A stretch of DNA of 64,000 nucleotides from a virus (IMGVR_UViG_3300021400_000468:36469-100468), one strand, 5' to 3'; shown: positions 19,945 to 30,529, numbered from the stretch's first letter. The notes: generated by a model not told the origin, from the letters alone. Made by a program: numbers and translations.

Positions 19945-21084
19945 TTACAGCTCATAGGTCAGGCTGCCCTTGATTTCGGCGAAATGAATCGCACCGGCGA
20001 GTCTCGCCTTGAACTTGCAGCCACGGAGAATACGGGACGCTTTTTCGGAAGCGGTGAGGCTGGAGGCCAGCGGAACGGAGGTGGCAAAGCCGGGAATACG
20101 GACGCCATCTTCGTCAAACTCATCCCGAGCGATGCCGCCCATGACCTGACCGCGCTTCAAGGAGGCGATCATGGCATTGTGGATCAGGGCGATGCCCTCG
20201 TCGGTATACGGGATCTTGGTGTTCATGATGAAAAGATTCACGACCCGGACCTGCATATCGTTCTTCAGCCAGTCACGGAACCGGATCACATCGGCCCACT
20301 CACCGGAGCGGGTCTTGCCGTTCATGGTGATATTGCGGTTGCCGACCGTAATGAAGTAGCACAGGCAGTCATCCACAAGGCTTGCGATCTGCGTGGAGGT
20401 GAGCTGGGAAGGATAGACGGACGTGAGCTGCTTGAACGCGGTGGTTTCGGAACCGGGCTGATAGTTCAGCCACTTGGCAACGAACGCCACGTTGATGTAC
20501 TTGTTGGCGCGAGGCATATCCGCGACAACCTGAGTACCGGTTTCGGGGCCGAACACACCAACGGTACGGTTGTAGACAGCACCGGTAGAGGCGGTCTTGC
20601 TGTTGCGGAGATATTCAGTCTCGGTATAGACGAACATCTTGTCAAACGCCTCGATATACTCGGCGATTTCCTCATACCAGCTCGAATCAACACCCGCGGT
20701 GCAGAGGACGTACCACGTCACGTTGTCGATGGATCGTTCGATGGCCTTCAGCGGGGACACAACAGTCTGCACATTGGAGCCTTCGCCCTTCTGAACCGTA
20801 TCGGTGCTCTTGATGGGCGCGATGTAAATGACGGTCGGGCGCGGGGTCTGGGAGAACGCTACCTGCGCGGCTTCCGCGATGGGATCATGCGCTTCGAGGC
20901 TCCACCCGGTATCCAGCACCTCATCCAGAGACCTGTATGCGCCGAACTCAGGCGGCTCTTCATCAGGCGTCACGGACGGCGCGGGGCCGACGATCAACAA
21001 GTTATCGAAACTGGTATCGTCCACAATCGGGGACACGATATCAATATCGACTGTTGCGATCAAATCGTAATTTTTCTTTGCCAT
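19945..21084 (-). CDS. Tail sheath protein (DUF3383-like)
   Basis: [22 protein letters not shown] and LAGAIH motifs. Confidence 0.85.
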   Translation of the reverse strand: MAKKNYDLIATVDIDIVSPIVDDTSFDNLLIVGPAPSVTPDEEPPEFGAYRSLDEVLDTGWSLEAHDPIAEAAQVAFSQTPRPTVIYIAPIKSTDTVQKGEGSNVQTVVSPLKAIERSIDNVTWYVLCTAGVDSSWYEEIAEYIEAFDKMFVYTETEYLRNSKTASTGAVYNRTVGVFGPETGTQVVADMPRANKYINVAFVAKWLNYQPGSETTAFKQLTSVYPSQLTSTQIASLVDDCLCYFITVGNRNITMNGKTRSGEWADVIRFRDWLKNDMQVRVVNLFIMNTKIPYTDEGIALIHNAMIASLKRGQVMGGIARDEFDEDGVRIPGFATSVPLASSLTASEKASRILRGCKFKARLAGAIHFAEIKGSLTYEL

Positions 21085-21141
21085 TCGGATTTTTCCTCCG
21101 TTTCTATGATTTATGGGAATTGCGCGGTCCGGTTAGAGGAA

Positions 21142-22098
21142 TCAAGGCTTCCTGCCACGGCGGATGATGAGGGTCTTGTTTTCATCGTCCGTTTCAACGA
21201 TCAGATCATCGTCGGTGACATAGGTGACGGAATGATTCGGGTCGAAGTCTGCCGTAACGGGATAGAAGCCCAGCTTTTCGAGATAGTCCAGAAGCCGCTT
21301 CACCGTCTCGTCAAGGTGTCCTCTGACCGCAAAGCCCCTGGACACATATTCGCCCTTGGGCGTATACGGGACAAACTCCACCTCGGCTTCGGTGAAGTAT
21401 CCGGTATTGAACATGGCGAGGATTTCCGTACCGCCGCCGCTGTCGGTAGGCGTGAATTGAGGATCTACAGTTGCCCGCTTCTCCGCATCCTCTTCCGGAC
21501 TTCCGAAACCGCCGGTCGTACTGGTCTTCCGGACAGGCGCTCCGGGGGCAAATATCTCTTCATCCCCGTTGAACTTACCGGTCGGATAAATGATGCTGTT
21601 CTCATCCACAACCCCGGCGTGTTCGATGGACAGGGAGACATAGGACAGCCGAAGCCTCATTCTGGCGCGGTATTCGTAAGAGGTTTCACCGATAATCCCG
21701 GTCAGGTCCTCCACATCTCCATCCCGCATAAACGAAATGGAATGGATGTCGCACCATTCCACGGCATATTCAGATTGGAGATAATCTTCAAAGGCACAGA
21801 GGTCATCGACGGCGGTATTCTCCCGGGCCACCACGCCGAGCTGCGGATCGGTAACAGGAGCACCGTGGGTAAACAGGTCGATATCGACCTGAACGCTGGA
21901 CGCATACTGGCCCACATTCACCCCGTCAAAGACCTTGATGTTCGGTCTTGTGGGACGGACTACCGCTCCGAAGGTAAGCAGAACCAGAGGCAGCTCCGGT
22001 TTCGGAATTCGGCTCTGTCTTGCAAGCAGGACGTTCGCTTCTCCGAAATACTCCTTGGTCAGTTGCCGGAACAGTTCACGGGCTTCCTTTAATCTCAT
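21142..22098 (-). CDS. Tail terminator/neck protein
   Basis: Directly before sheath; 318 aa. Confidence 0.6.
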   Translation of the reverse strand: MRLKEARELFRQLTKEYFGEANVLLARQSRIPKPELPLVLLTFGAVVRPTRPNIKVFDGVNVGQYASSVQVDIDLFTHGAPVTDPQLGVVARENTAVDDLCAFEDYLQSEYAVEWCDIHSISFMRDGDVEDLTGIIGETSYEYRARMRLRLSYVSLSIEHAGVVDENSIIYPTGKFNGDEEIFAPGAPVRKTSTTGGFGSPEEDAEKRATVDPQFTPTDSGGGTEILAMFNTGYFTEAEVEFVPYTPKGEYVSRGFAVRGHLDETVKRLLDYLEKLGFYPVTADFDPNHSVTYVTDDDLIVETDDENKTLIIRRGRKP

Positions 22099-22499
22099 GA
22101 CCCGCCCCCTTCCTCAAGATGCGGAGGGTCAAAGTCGATCTTCGATCCTTCGGCGTTATCCGGGACCAAAGCGAACCGGTAGTTGTAATGGGTCAGGATG
22201 GTATGAAACCACAGCTCGCAGGATACGCATTCGTACCAGTGGCCATTGAAATACAGCATGTCCGCTTTCGTCCCCGCGTCTCTGTCCGAAATCCTGATCT
22301 CAACCTCTCCATGACCCTCCAGCCGTCTCGCTACGCTCTCACCGGCTCCGTCGCGGTCCGAAACCTGATCGCCCCCGGACGGGTGGACATGGATGCTGAC
22401 CATGGTATCATCATAACCGGACACCATATATCCGCGCACTTCATGGGGTTCCTTGAATCTGCGGAGGGGATATTTCCGGTTGAACAATCTTATATTCAT
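22095..22499 (-). CDS. Head closure/neck protein
   Basis: ADMLYFNGHWYE motif; position. Confidence 0.6.
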   Translation of the reverse strand: MNIRLFNRKYPLRRFKEPHEVRGYMVSGYDDTMVSIHVHPSGGDQVSDRDGAGESVARRLEGHGEVEIRISDRDAGTKADMLYFNGHWYECVSCELWFHTILTHYNYRFALVPDNAEGSKIDFDPPHLEEGGGS

Positions 22500-22503
22500 G
22501 GAA

Positions 22504-22965
22504 TCACTTCACCTTTTCGGTATAGTAGGATATTGACTTCTTCATCAAGCCGGTTTCATACAAGGGCTTGTTGAAGCCCTTTCTGGCAACCGTTGACGGG
22601 GCGTTGGGGACAAATTCACCGCGTTCAATTTCGTCCGCAATATCCTGCTTGACCTTCGTGCCGAACTTGCGTATCAAGGGGGCTGTGTTCTGACCTTTGA
22701 CCATGGCATTGAAGATGTTCTCGCATTCTTCAATATACTCTGCTTCGTGCCGTTTGAAGGATTGCTCCATAAACGGACGGGCGGGAATCTTAGAAGTGCC
22801 GAACTCATTATACATAGCCACATCAGCCACATCGGTTCCATCCTCATATACCCCCTTACCACGCTGAAATCCAACGTGGATAGTCCGGTCGGCAAGCCAG
22901 TTCAGCTCGGCCATGAATTTAGCCCCTTTCGGGGTCATTTTCAAATCGTGGAATCCAAGTTGCAT
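22504..22965 (-). CDS. Neck/tail completion protein
   Basis: NEFGT..IPARPF and PNAPST..RKG..KPL..TG motifs. Confidence 0.75.
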   Translation of the reverse strand: MQLGFHDLKMTPKGAKFMAELNWLADRTIHVGFQRGKGVYEDGTDVADVAMYNEFGTSKIPARPFMEQSFKRHEAEYIEECENIFNAMVKGQNTAPLIRKFGTKVKQDIADEIERGEFVPNAPSTVARKGFNKPLYETGLMKKSISYYTEKVK

Positions 22966-23363
22966 GGGACATACCCTCTTTCTCCATCCACATGGATCGG
23001 AACGATCACCATACGGCGGATGCTCAGATATTGCAGTCCATAGGTGGTCAGGGCAAGCTCGGCGTCATTGGCGAGGTTGGAAGATTGGGAAGCCCCGAAC
23101 GAAATGGAGGAACCACCCTCAGACACACTTGAAACGCCGAAGCCAAGATTTGCCATGTTGAACTCATCGCCGAGAGGATTTGTCCCTTCGCCGATCAGCT
23201 TCAGCTTATGGCAGACGAGAAGGGCAAGGCCCTGTTCGTACAGTTTCCCGAACTGTTTCTTGGACACCATGGGCCGGACTATTTCAAGCCACAGGTTGAT
23301 GGTCTCATCCGAAACATCCTTGAACTCTGTTCCGATCACGCGGATCATTTCAAGTGCGGTCAT
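22941..23363 (-). CDS. Head-tail adaptor (DUF4054-like)
   Basis: SSVSEG..SISF...TTYGLQY motif. Confidence 0.75.
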   Translation of the reverse strand: MTALEMIRVIGTEFKDVSDETINLWLEIVRPMVSKKQFGKLYEQGLALLVCHKLKLIGEGTNPLGDEFNMANLGFGVSSVSEGGSSISFGASQSSNLANDAELALTTYGLQYLSIRRMVIVPIHVDGERGYVPCNLDSTI

Positions 23364-23387
23364 TTTGTCACCTCATTTCAGGCGGGT

Positions 23388-23750
23388 TCAGGTGGTCTTC
23401 TTCGTGGGCTTTCTGCCGGGCTTGTTGGGCTTTTCTTCCGGATCGGGAGTATTCTCCTGTTCAGGAGAATCGGGAGCCTCTTCTTTGCTTTCGTCTTCCG
23501 ACTCTTCATAGATGGTGCGGACAGGCCCGACGTTTTCAGCCTTGGGGACGGTAACGACGTCCACCAGTTCGAGGATGCCGAGTCTCAGGAAGGTCTTCAC
23601 CACTTCAACATCGGAATACTTCTCAGCTCCGAGGTGGTCGGAAACCTGCTTCGCCACCGGAATATCATTCTCGATTCTCTGGTCGGGCAGGAGCATTACG
23701 GAGCTTCCGAGGAAAACGGCCTTGCCGGATTTGTTCTGAATGTACAGCAT
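23388..23750 (-). CDS. Hypothetical virion-associated protein
   Basis: ORF between capsid and adaptor genes, GGAGG RBS. Confidence 0.6.
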   Translation of the reverse strand: MLYIQNKSGKAVFLGSSVMLLPDQRIENDIPVAKQVSDHLGAEKYSDVEVVKTFLRLGILELVDVVTVPKAENVGPVRTIYEESEDESKEEAPDSPEQENTPDPEEKPNKPGRKPTKKTT

Positions 23751-23836
23751 ATTTATACAGACCTCCAATTATAGATTGAGGGAGGGACGTTCCCTTACGC
23801 CCCTCCCCATCTTCCGAACTTGCTTTCAGGAGCCGA

Positions 23837-24871
23837 TCAGGAAATACCGACGGCGATCATAGCGGACAGCGGGTAGTACACGATGACACCGGCGGTCCGG
23901 GATTCGCAGGGGATGACGGTTTCCAGATTCTTGGGCTGAGCGGAATACTGGCGGTAGGCCATGGGATTCTCAAGCGCGAGCTTGTCTTCCTTGTTGGTGA
24001 ACAGGAAAGCGACGCCCTGACCGTTGGAAGCGGCGGCAAAGGGGTTGGTCTCGACGGAATCGGCATTCAGCTCAGCGGTGGAAACGATATCCTTGATGTA
24101 GGGGCTGTTATCCAGCAGGAACTTCAGGATAGTCAGGCCGGTGTCCGGGATTCTCTTCGTGGCGATGTACATATACACGTCTGCGGGGATGCAGAGGGTA
24201 TCGGGACGCTCCACGTTCTTCGTGGTCACGGCGACGGTCTTCGCCATTCCGTTGATGTCATCGAGGATCTCATCCGGGGTCTTCTCAAACCACTTGGTCT
24301 TGCCGGAAGCGTTGGCAGGGATGGTGTACAGAGGGATGGACTGACCGGTGGACAGAACACCCATCAGGCCGGAGGTATCGTCGCCTCTCCACGCGATAGT
24401 GTTGACGGTCTTGTCGTTGGAGTACCGGGCGGCTTCGGCCTTTCTGGAATCGAGGTTCTTGTTCGCCAGACGGGAAGCTCTCATCTCCTGAACGGAATAG
24501 CCGTAGGACACGCCGATAGACTTGATCTTCGCCGTGGAGGGCTTGCCATCCACATCGGCTCTCGGCAGGTCATCGGAGTAGTTGTCGATGATCTTAGCGA
24601 GACCCTTCTTATCGTAGGAGTAGTAGGTGACGGTCTCAGCGCCCTCATCCACATCATGGGTGATCGGGAAGATCTGGAGGGCGGTCAGTTCGGGATATTC
24701 AACGTCATAGGATTTGGACTTGACGTAATCCAGTTCTCTGGCGAAGAATACGGACGCTTCCTCGGCGCTGTCGAAACGAGCCTGCTTGGAAGCCTGAATC
24801 GCTTCGGCGATGCCGGAATCCTTGATCGCACGAGCGTCCTTTCTGCTGTAGGACTTATGCTTGTTTGCCAT
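23837..24871 (-). CDS. Major capsid protein (DUF2184-like)
   Basis: FFARELDYV, DDLPRADV, YGYSVQE and RTAGVIVYYP motifs. Confidence 0.9.
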   Translation of the reverse strand: MANKHKSYSRKDARAIKDSGIAEAIQASKQARFDSAEEASVFFARELDYVKSKSYDVEYPELTALQIFPITHDVDEGAETVTYYSYDKKGLAKIIDNYSDDLPRADVDGKPSTAKIKSIGVSYGYSVQEMRASRLANKNLDSRKAEAARYSNDKTVNTIAWRGDDTSGLMGVLSTGQSIPLYTIPANASGKTKWFEKTPDEILDDINGMAKTVAVTTKNVERPDTLCIPADVYMYIATKRIPDTGLTILKFLLDNSPYIKDIVSTAELNADSVETNPFAAASNGQGVAFLFTNKEDKLALENPMAYRQYSAQPKNLETVIPCESRTAGVIVYYPLSAMIAVGIS

Positions 24872-24901
24872 TCGTTTTATCCTCCTTGTTGATTCTCAGA
24901 C

Positions 24902-25387
24902 TCAGTGGTTGTAGAGTTCCACGGGAGCGATGCCGTTGGCGGCTTCACCGAGGAAACGACCATTCACGGCGGTAGCGTTTTCGCTTCCAGATTCACCGGC
25001 GGTATTGGTGAAGAAACCGGTCTCGTCGCCGGACTTCACGACATACAGCGGGTCATTATAGGCGACCTCAACGCCGGTGGCGACTCTGACATAGACGCGG
25101 CCCCAGCGGACAACGCCCACGCCAGCGCCCTTGTGCATCCGGATATGACCGTCAAGGTCATATTCGGTGGTGCGGTTGTTGTTCACAACGCCCTCGAAGG
25201 TGCCGGAGCCGGTGAACTTCTTGATCTGCTTACCGGCAACAGTACCGGACATAGCCGCAAGACCCGGCTTCAGGACGCCGGTATCCTCTTCGTTGATGAA
25301 GCTGTCGATAGCGTGGGGGGTGAGGTCTACGAGACCACCCGCGATGCCGCGACCGGTGGTCCAGTTATAAGCGGTCTGAACTGCCAT
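24902..25387 (-). CDS. Capsid cement/decoration protein
   Basis: 161 aa, Gly-rich, GRVYV motif; directly before capsid gene. Confidence 0.7.
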   Translation of the reverse strand: MAVQTAYNWTTGRGIAGGLVDLTPHAIDSFINEEDTGVLKPGLAAMSGTVAGKQIKKFTGSGTFEGVVNNNRTTEYDLDGHIRMHKGAGVGVVRWGRVYVRVATGVEVAYNDPLYVVKSGDETGFFTNTAGESGSENATAVNGRFLGEAANGIAPVELYNH

Positions 25388-25401
25388 TGATTCTTTCCTC
25401 C

Positions 25402-27210
25402 TTAGTTCTTTTTGCCGTTGTTACGACGGCTGTTTTCCTTCTTGATCATGCCGTCGCGGTGTGCTTCCGCAGAGTCGCGATCCGTTCTGCTGTCGGCGTT
25501 GTAAGCCTTCTGGAACATCTGGCGTCTCTGATAGGCCGTATCCTTCTTGGTGGCCTTCTTCACGTCATCGACGCAGAGGCGGTACAGAGCATCGATGTAG
25601 GCCTCGGACTTACCGTCAAGACGGATGCCGGGGCGGACCTTCTTGATGATCTTCTTCTTCGCCGTGGGAATGGGCTGATACTCCAGACCATCAAGGTTCA
25701 GACGGGAACCGATCTTGGCGATTTCCATCCGCTTGCGAAGCTGCTTCTGGACGATGGCATCGATGGAATCCTGATTCATGCGGGAAGGGATGCAGTCATC
25801 GTCACCATCTTCCTCGAATTCCTCTTCTTCCTCGTCATCTTCATCCTCGGCGATTTCCTCATCATCGCCGGACTTGGGCGGGAAGGGAGCGGGAGCATCG
25901 GTATCCTCGTCTTCGTCCTCTTCGAACTCCTCTTCTTCCTCATCCTCATCTTCAACGATGTCTTCGTCTTCGTCATCGTCGGAATCGCAGTTTGCCTTAT
26001 CCTCGCAATCCGCTCCGTCCTCGTTGGTTTCTTCGGGATCATCCTCTTCATCGGAATCGGCCTGAGCTTCGGCACGGTCTTCATCTGTGAGGTTGGGCTT
26101 GGCGGCGGCTTCCTCCTTGCTGTTGGCAGGGATGGGATCGGTATCCGCATCGGTATTTCCGGAACCACCCTTACCACCAAAATCTCTCTCGGCAAGCAGG
26201 GTGTCGATGAGGTCATACAGGAAATCGAGGTCCTCGTCCTGTTCGGCAATCTGCTCCATTGCGCCGTTCATGTCTTCAGGATCACCCTTCTCATCTCTGA
26301 GATCACGGCGGTTCTTCACGGCCTGAAGTTTCTCATCCACGGGTTTGGACTGATCGGGAAGCGCAGGAGCTTCCTGCTCGGGCTTGGGGAGGCTATCCTT
26401 CTTAACGGGAACGGCTTTAGGATTTTCGACAGCCGGTTCCTTCGTGGGAACTTCCTCCTGAGGCTTAACGACTTCCTGGTCGGCCAGCTTAGCGGCCTTG
26501 GCCTCGGAATCATCCTCATCGGTCTTTGCAGCCGCACGTCTCGCCTTGTAATCCGCAATGGCTTTCTGAAGCTCTTCCTGACTCAGAATGCTGTCATTGT
26601 GAATCGCAGACTTCTTAGCGGCTTTTCTCTTTGCCATAGTCTTGTGTCCTCCTGTCATAATGGTTTTATCGGCCCGGCTGTCGATATTGAGCCGCGCCTG
26701 ATCACCTGCCCTTGCTTCCCGTACAACGGCAAGATGATTCACTCTAATATTGCGCTGAATGGCATCATACTTCTGCCCATTCCACACACCCGGCGTTTCC
26801 TCAAGGTCGAGGTTATAGCCGAGGGATAGTTCCTTATAACGGCACTCTTTCAGCGCATCGGTATCATGGATGACGATTTCTGCCCGAACATCGTCTCCAT
26901 CCTTTTCCCCTTCGGTCAGGATCGTGCCGATCTGATTGTCGTGGACGTTATCCGTATTGATCAGGCCAGCATCATGCGTAATGACGATTGGCTTGCCTTT
27001 ATACGACGCCAGACTTTCTGGATCAAACACATCCTCCGGAAGCCGAAGCTCCCGTCTTGTTGTACCGTCGGAGTTCTTATATTCAAAAATACCGGTGGAG
27101 GTCAGGATGGGCTTATCCTTCAAATACCCCTCTTCGGTATAATTGGCGCGAAATGCAGGAAAGCTGTCCAATCTGGTAACATGAACCAGCTTCATAGGTT
27201 TTTCACTCAT
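25402..27210 (-). CDS. Prohead protease-scaffold fusion (DUF2213-like) with long acidic region
   Basis: TEEGYL, GKPIVITH, ELSLGY and NHLAVVREARAG motifs; Asp/Glu-rich C-terminal half. Confidence 0.85.
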   Translation of the reverse strand: MSEKPMKLVHVTRLDSFPAFRANYTEEGYLKDKPILTSTGIFEYKNSDGTTRRELRLPEDVFDPESLASYKGKPIVITHDAGLINTDNVHDNQIGTILTEGEKDGDDVRAEIVIHDTDALKECRYKELSLGYNLDLEETPGVWNGQKYDAIQRNIRVNHLAVVREARAGDQARLNIDSRADKTIMTGGHKTMAKRKAAKKSAIHNDSILSQEELQKAIADYKARRAAAKTDEDDSEAKAAKLADQEVVKPQEEVPTKEPAVENPKAVPVKKDSLPKPEQEAPALPDQSKPVDEKLQAVKNRRDLRDEKGDPEDMNGAMEQIAEQDEDLDFLYDLIDTLLAERDFGGKGGSGNTDADTDPIPANSKEEAAAKPNLTDEDRAEAQADSDEEDDPEETNEDGADCEDKANCDSDDDEDEDIVEDEDEEEEEFEEDEDEDTDAPAPFPPKSGDDEEIAEDEDDEEEEEFEEDGDDDCIPSRMNQDSIDAIVQKQLRKRMEIAKIGSRLNLDGLEYQPIPTAKKKIIKKVRPGIRLDGKSEAYIDALYRLCVDDVKKATKKDTAYQRRQMFQKAYNADSRTDRDSAEAHRDGMIKKENSRRNNGKKN

Positions 27211-27497
27211 GTTCCCATCTCTCCCAACTCATCTTCGTATTCATCGGTCGGAGTATAATCTGACTGATCCGTTTCTTCGGGGCGTCCGTCCTTCTTCCCT
27301 ACCGCACCGGTAAGGAGAATGGTCAACTCCTGAAGCTGTCCGAGAACGGATACCTCCAAGTCTCCGAAATGATCCGCCATCTCATCCTCTCCATTATCCT
27401 GAAGAGAACGAATACTGTTCTCATACTCCACAATCATGGCGGAACACTGACCAATTTTTTTGCAGATCTCTTCAATAGCGTTCGGTTTGGTTTCCAC
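27207..27497 (-). CDS. Hypothetical protein
   Basis: 96-aa ORF overlapping protease start (ATGA). Confidence 0.6.
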   Translation of the reverse strand: METKPNAIEEICKKIGQCSAMIVEYENSIRSLQDNGEDEMADHFGDLEVSVLGQLQELTILLTGAVGKKDGRPEETDQSDYTPTDEYEDELGEMGT

Positions 27498-27519
27498 GGT
27501 GCATCACCTCCCGTTGGCT

Positions 27520-27687
27520 TTATTTTCCATACTTGTTGACGTGAAATGTCTTGCGCCAATCTCTCATCTTGTCACGCTCGACAATATCAGGGGTACAGTG
27601 CTTCCTGCACCTTGGGTTGTCCAGCATGCAGATGCAGACTGTTTCGCCCTTTTCAAAACGAACAAGAACACGGATATACTCTTTCAT
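27520..27687 (-). CDS. Small Cys-containing hypothetical protein
   Basis: MKEYIRV... ORF tiling the operon. Confidence 0.45.
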   Translation of the reverse strand: MKEYIRVLVRFEKGETVCICMLDNPRCRKHCTPDIVERDKMRDWRKTFHVNKYGK

Positions 27688-27697
27688 GGTTTTTTCT

Positions 27698-27874
27698 TTA
27701 CGGTTGTTCCGTGATTTCACAGCAAATCATGGGGGTTCTGATTTCTGCTTCAATGATCATAGCCCATTCTTCTTTATAGGACTGAAGTTCTGCTTCCGTA
27801 CAGACGGAATATACAATACGCTTGCGGTAACCGGACAAATCGCGGAAAACAAGGCGGTAACGCTTCTTTGCCAT
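27698..27874 (-). CDS. Small hypothetical protein
   Basis: GGGAGG RBS before MAKKRYR... Confidence 0.5.
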   Translation of the reverse strand: MAKKRYRLVFRDLSGYRKRIVYSVCTEAELQSYKEEWAMIIEAEIRTPMICCEITEQP

Positions 27875-27909
27875 GGCAAGCCTCCCGGTTTTTGAAAGCA
27901 AAACGGCAT

Positions 27910-27933
27910 AAAAAAAGCGCACTTCCGTGCGCT
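27910..27933 (-). terminator. Intrinsic terminator closing the GNAT-like cassette
   Basis: agcgcac-ggaa-gtgcgct followed by a T run on the minus strand. Confidence 0.7.
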
Positions 27934-28027
27934 CTATATTCTGTTGTGGTCTGGATCATTCCCTACCGGAGCCGATAATCAACAACTTTATTATTCATCC
28001 TCCCTCCAAGCACTCCACACAGAGAAA

Positions 28028-28318
28028 TCAATAGCTCATCATCATGTTATAGCCCACGGCGGAAGCCTCGGCTTTGCAAGCAGCCTCAAACGTCATGTGT
28101 CCACACTTCCGCTGATAACTTTCCTCATCCTTCCACAGGGCGGCAAAATCATCATAGGCGATATTGACATATTCTTCCGCTTCTTCGGTTTTGAGGTACG
28201 CCTTGGCTCGCTCTTCCGTACCCTCCCATGCAGACCTCAGAAACGCATCTTCACAAAGCTCTCTGAACTCTTCACGGGTAATGGGCAGTTCACCGCGACT
28301 GTTTCCTTTTCCGCTCAT
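28028..28318 (-). CDS. Small acidic protein, putative immunity/antitoxin
   Basis: 96 aa, ATGA-coupled to the upstream effector gene. Confidence 0.55.
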   Translation of the reverse strand: MSGKGNSRGELPITREEFRELCEDAFLRSAWEGTEERAKAYLKTEEAEEYVNIAYDDFAALWKDEESYQRKCGHMTFEAACKAEASAVGYNMMMSY

Positions 28319-29169
28319 CTTCCTACCTCTTTGTCTCTTTCCGAATAAGCCGTGTCATAATCAGCGCTGTAAGGAATATTCTTCCGAACATCAGCCAAGG
28401 TCTGGTTCTTCACATTCCCGATCCCGACATATTTGTAGAAGATGATATCTTCTCTGCTATCCCGGTCGGGATTCCATCCCTGTGCTTTCGCACTGTCCTC
28501 ATATGCGGAATCCCATTGACACCGGCTCACCGCTTCAAAACCATTCCGGGCATAAAACTGGTGGTTGCCCTCATAGCTGTCCAACTTGGTTCCGCCGTTC
28601 TTAACAGCGTAGGCCAGAATATCATGCCCTCTGAGCATCCCGCCCTTGCCGTCTCCGGGGCCGACACAGACTGCAACTATATCCCCATTGTCAATGGCAA
28701 TGGTGCTTCCCCCATCCGTAATGTGCATCCGGGCATTGGGATGCCAGTCAGCCATCTCCTGACTGCTCATGGAGCTTACGCGCCACGCATTTTCCGGATT
28801 CTGGGATTTCTTCGCTGCCGCCAGTTTCTTGGTGAAGGTCTTTCTGCTTCCTGCGGTATTGAACTTCACCTTGTTCGATCCGGGATTCCCACTTTCGGAG
28901 TAGAAATCAGACGGGCTTTTGCCGGTTTTCTCTTTCAAGGCATCCCACGCATCCTGAGGGGTGGAGCCTTTCGGAAGGTTGATTCCAAACTTCTTACACA
29001 GACCGAACGCCAACCGCTGACTGGCGTCATACCGGGTCGCTCCATCCATATTATACACCTTATTACGGCTTTTGTCAAACCCGTCCGACAACTTTTTCTC
29101 ATCGGCGTTTAGCCGGGAAACGAGACGTTGATACCGGCGATTTCGATACTCCAGAATTTTGCTGTTCAA
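28315..29169 (-). CDS. Head-associated protein with C-terminal GNAT-like domain
   Basis: G..IL..AVKNGGTKLD.Y....FYARNGF resembles GNAT motifs A/B; N-terminal KILEY..RR..RL. Confidence 0.55.
   Translation of the reverse strand: MNSKILEYRNRRYQRLVSRLNADEKKLSDGFDKSRNKVYNMDGATRYDASQRLAFGLCKKFGINLPKGSTPQDAWDALKEKTGKSPSDFYSESGNPGSNKVKFNTAGSRKTFTKKLAAAKKSQNPENAWRVSSMSSQEMADWHPNARMHITDGGSTIAIDNGDIVAVCVGPGDGKGGMLRGHDILAYAVKNGGTKLDSYEGNHQFYARNGFEAVSRCQWDSAYEDSAKAQGWNPDRDSREDIIFYKYVGIGNVKNQTLADVRKNIPYSADYDTAYSERDKEVGR
29050..29078 (-). promoter_or_regulatory. Intragenic sigmaA consensus promoter
   Basis: TTGACA-aaagccgtaataaggtg(17)-TATAAT. Confidence 0.8.
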
Positions 29170-30127
29170 TGATCTTACCCCTCAACTTTTCCTCTGAACC
29201 TTCACTTACAGGCAGGTTCACCGTATCCTGATCAAATACAGGGATCGCCATGCAGCGACAACAAAAATCCTCGCCGGGATGACAAAACCGCCCGGTATAA
29301 ACCTTCCCTCTGGATTTGGTCATATACCAGCTCGGAGGAGGATCGTCCCATGAAAAGATCTTACCGTTATATTCACGGTGACTTTCTCTGACCCGGCTAT
29401 CATTTCTGGACTTCCATCTATAATGGGTACATCCGGCGTCGGTCTGCTGCTTCCGTGTAATCTGGGAGCAAAGAGTTCCCATCTGGTCTATTGCAAGGGA
29501 CTTGGCTTTTCGCTTCGACACTCCGAAGGACCTGACAATTTCATTCCGGATCTTGGTAATGCCCCAGCCCTCATAATAACCGTTCTGTATGATCTGGCGC
29601 ATGGTGGCAAGTGATTCCTCGGGTATGGATCGAACATAGCCAACATTCTCTTCGGTCCAACGGTCGATCAAATCCCCCCATGTTCCCTTGTTGTAGTAAT
29701 GACCATCAAGATCAACGCCGAAGGTTTTTTTGATGAGGTTTTTCCACTGTCGGACGTTGGTACCGTTTGCCCGCTTAGCCACCTTGCGGATGAAGACATC
29801 GGTCTTGAAATCATCCAGTTTTTCAGCAAGCTCTCTTTCCATCTTCCTGATGGTCTTGCTGAAATGTTCCGTAAAGCTGAGAATCCGGGCGTCCTCACGG
29901 ACCTCGGAGGAATCAACCCGGCTTTCACGAAAAATCTGAATGATTTCAGGAAGATGTTCCTTTATGATATCACGGGCCATATTCGCATGGCGCATAGCCA
30001 CGGAAGCATACTCCCTTTCTGCGGATTCAGGATACAAAAGAGTCCCTTGAACTCTTTTACCTCTTGTGAGGCCGGAGGAGCCTCTGTGGGCGTTTTTCCA
30101 AACCGGAACAGGTATTTTATCAGCCAT
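29099..30127 (-). CDS. MuF/SPP1 gp7-like minor head protein (no toxin extension)
   Basis: YRW....DSRVR.SH....GKIFSWDDPP...HPGEDFCCRC.A.P. Confidence 0.85.
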   Translation of the reverse strand: MADKIPVPVWKNAHRGSSGLTRGKRVQGTLLYPESAEREYASVAMRHANMARDIIKEHLPEIIQIFRESRVDSSEVREDARILSFTEHFSKTIRKMERELAEKLDDFKTDVFIRKVAKRANGTNVRQWKNLIKKTFGVDLDGHYYNKGTWGDLIDRWTEENVGYVRSIPEESLATMRQIIQNGYYEGWGITKIRNEIVRSFGVSKRKAKSLAIDQMGTLCSQITRKQQTDAGCTHYRWKSRNDSRVRESHREYNGKIFSWDDPPPSWYMTKSRGKVYTGRFCHPGEDFCCRCMAIPVFDQDTVNLPVSEGSEEKLRGKIIEQQNSGVSKSPVSTSRFPAKRR

Positions 30128-30219
30128 GCACAAAACCCTCCGAAAACATCCTTCTCGCTCCTCTCTAATACATCTGGGAATAAACGCCGTCCCTCAACCC
30201 TTATCCGAAACTATCGGAA

Positions 30220-30256
30220 CGAAAAAAAGGACACTTTCAACGGCGTCCTTTTTTCG
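30220..30256. terminator. Intrinsic terminator closing the zeta-toxin cassette
   Basis: aaaaaaggac...gtcctttttt inverted repeat. Confidence 0.7.
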
Positions 30257-30264
30257 TCTCTGAT

Positions 30265-30519
30265 TCAGGTATCGGATTCCATCATCTCGAAGGTAACGGG
30301 AAAGAGAATCTTTCCGTACTGACTGATCATCTTCTCTTCTTCCGCTTTCTTCTGCTTCATGAGGCGGTCATAGAACCACTGTTCAACCTCGCCCCATTCT
30401 CCGCCGGATTCGCTGGGATCATCCCCTTCATTTACGCAGCGGATAATGCGGTTGTGCCACTTGGCATCCTTCTCGCAGAACTCACTCCAGATCTTGGGAT
30501 CGACTTTTTCGTTTTCCAT
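30265..30519 (-). CDS. Small acidic protein, putative antitoxin/immunity
   Basis: AAGGAGG RBS at the zeta stop codon; 84 aa. Confidence 0.55.
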   Translation of the reverse strand: MENEKVDPKIWSEFCEKDAKWHNRIIRCVNEGDDPSESGGEWGEVEQWFYDRLMKQKKAEEEKMISQYGKILFPVTFEMMESDT

Positions 30520-30529
30520 GCTTTCCTCC

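Noticed and set aside
19864-22092. 742-aa plus-strand ORF and many other long plus-strand ORFs (e.g. 25387..26829, 34421..35653)
   Set aside because: Antisense shadows of well-supported minus-strand structural genes, with no motifs of their own
25790-26060. Low-complexity TCN/GAN repeat tract as a separate repeat element
   Set aside because: It encodes the Asp/Glu-rich scaffold region of the protease gene
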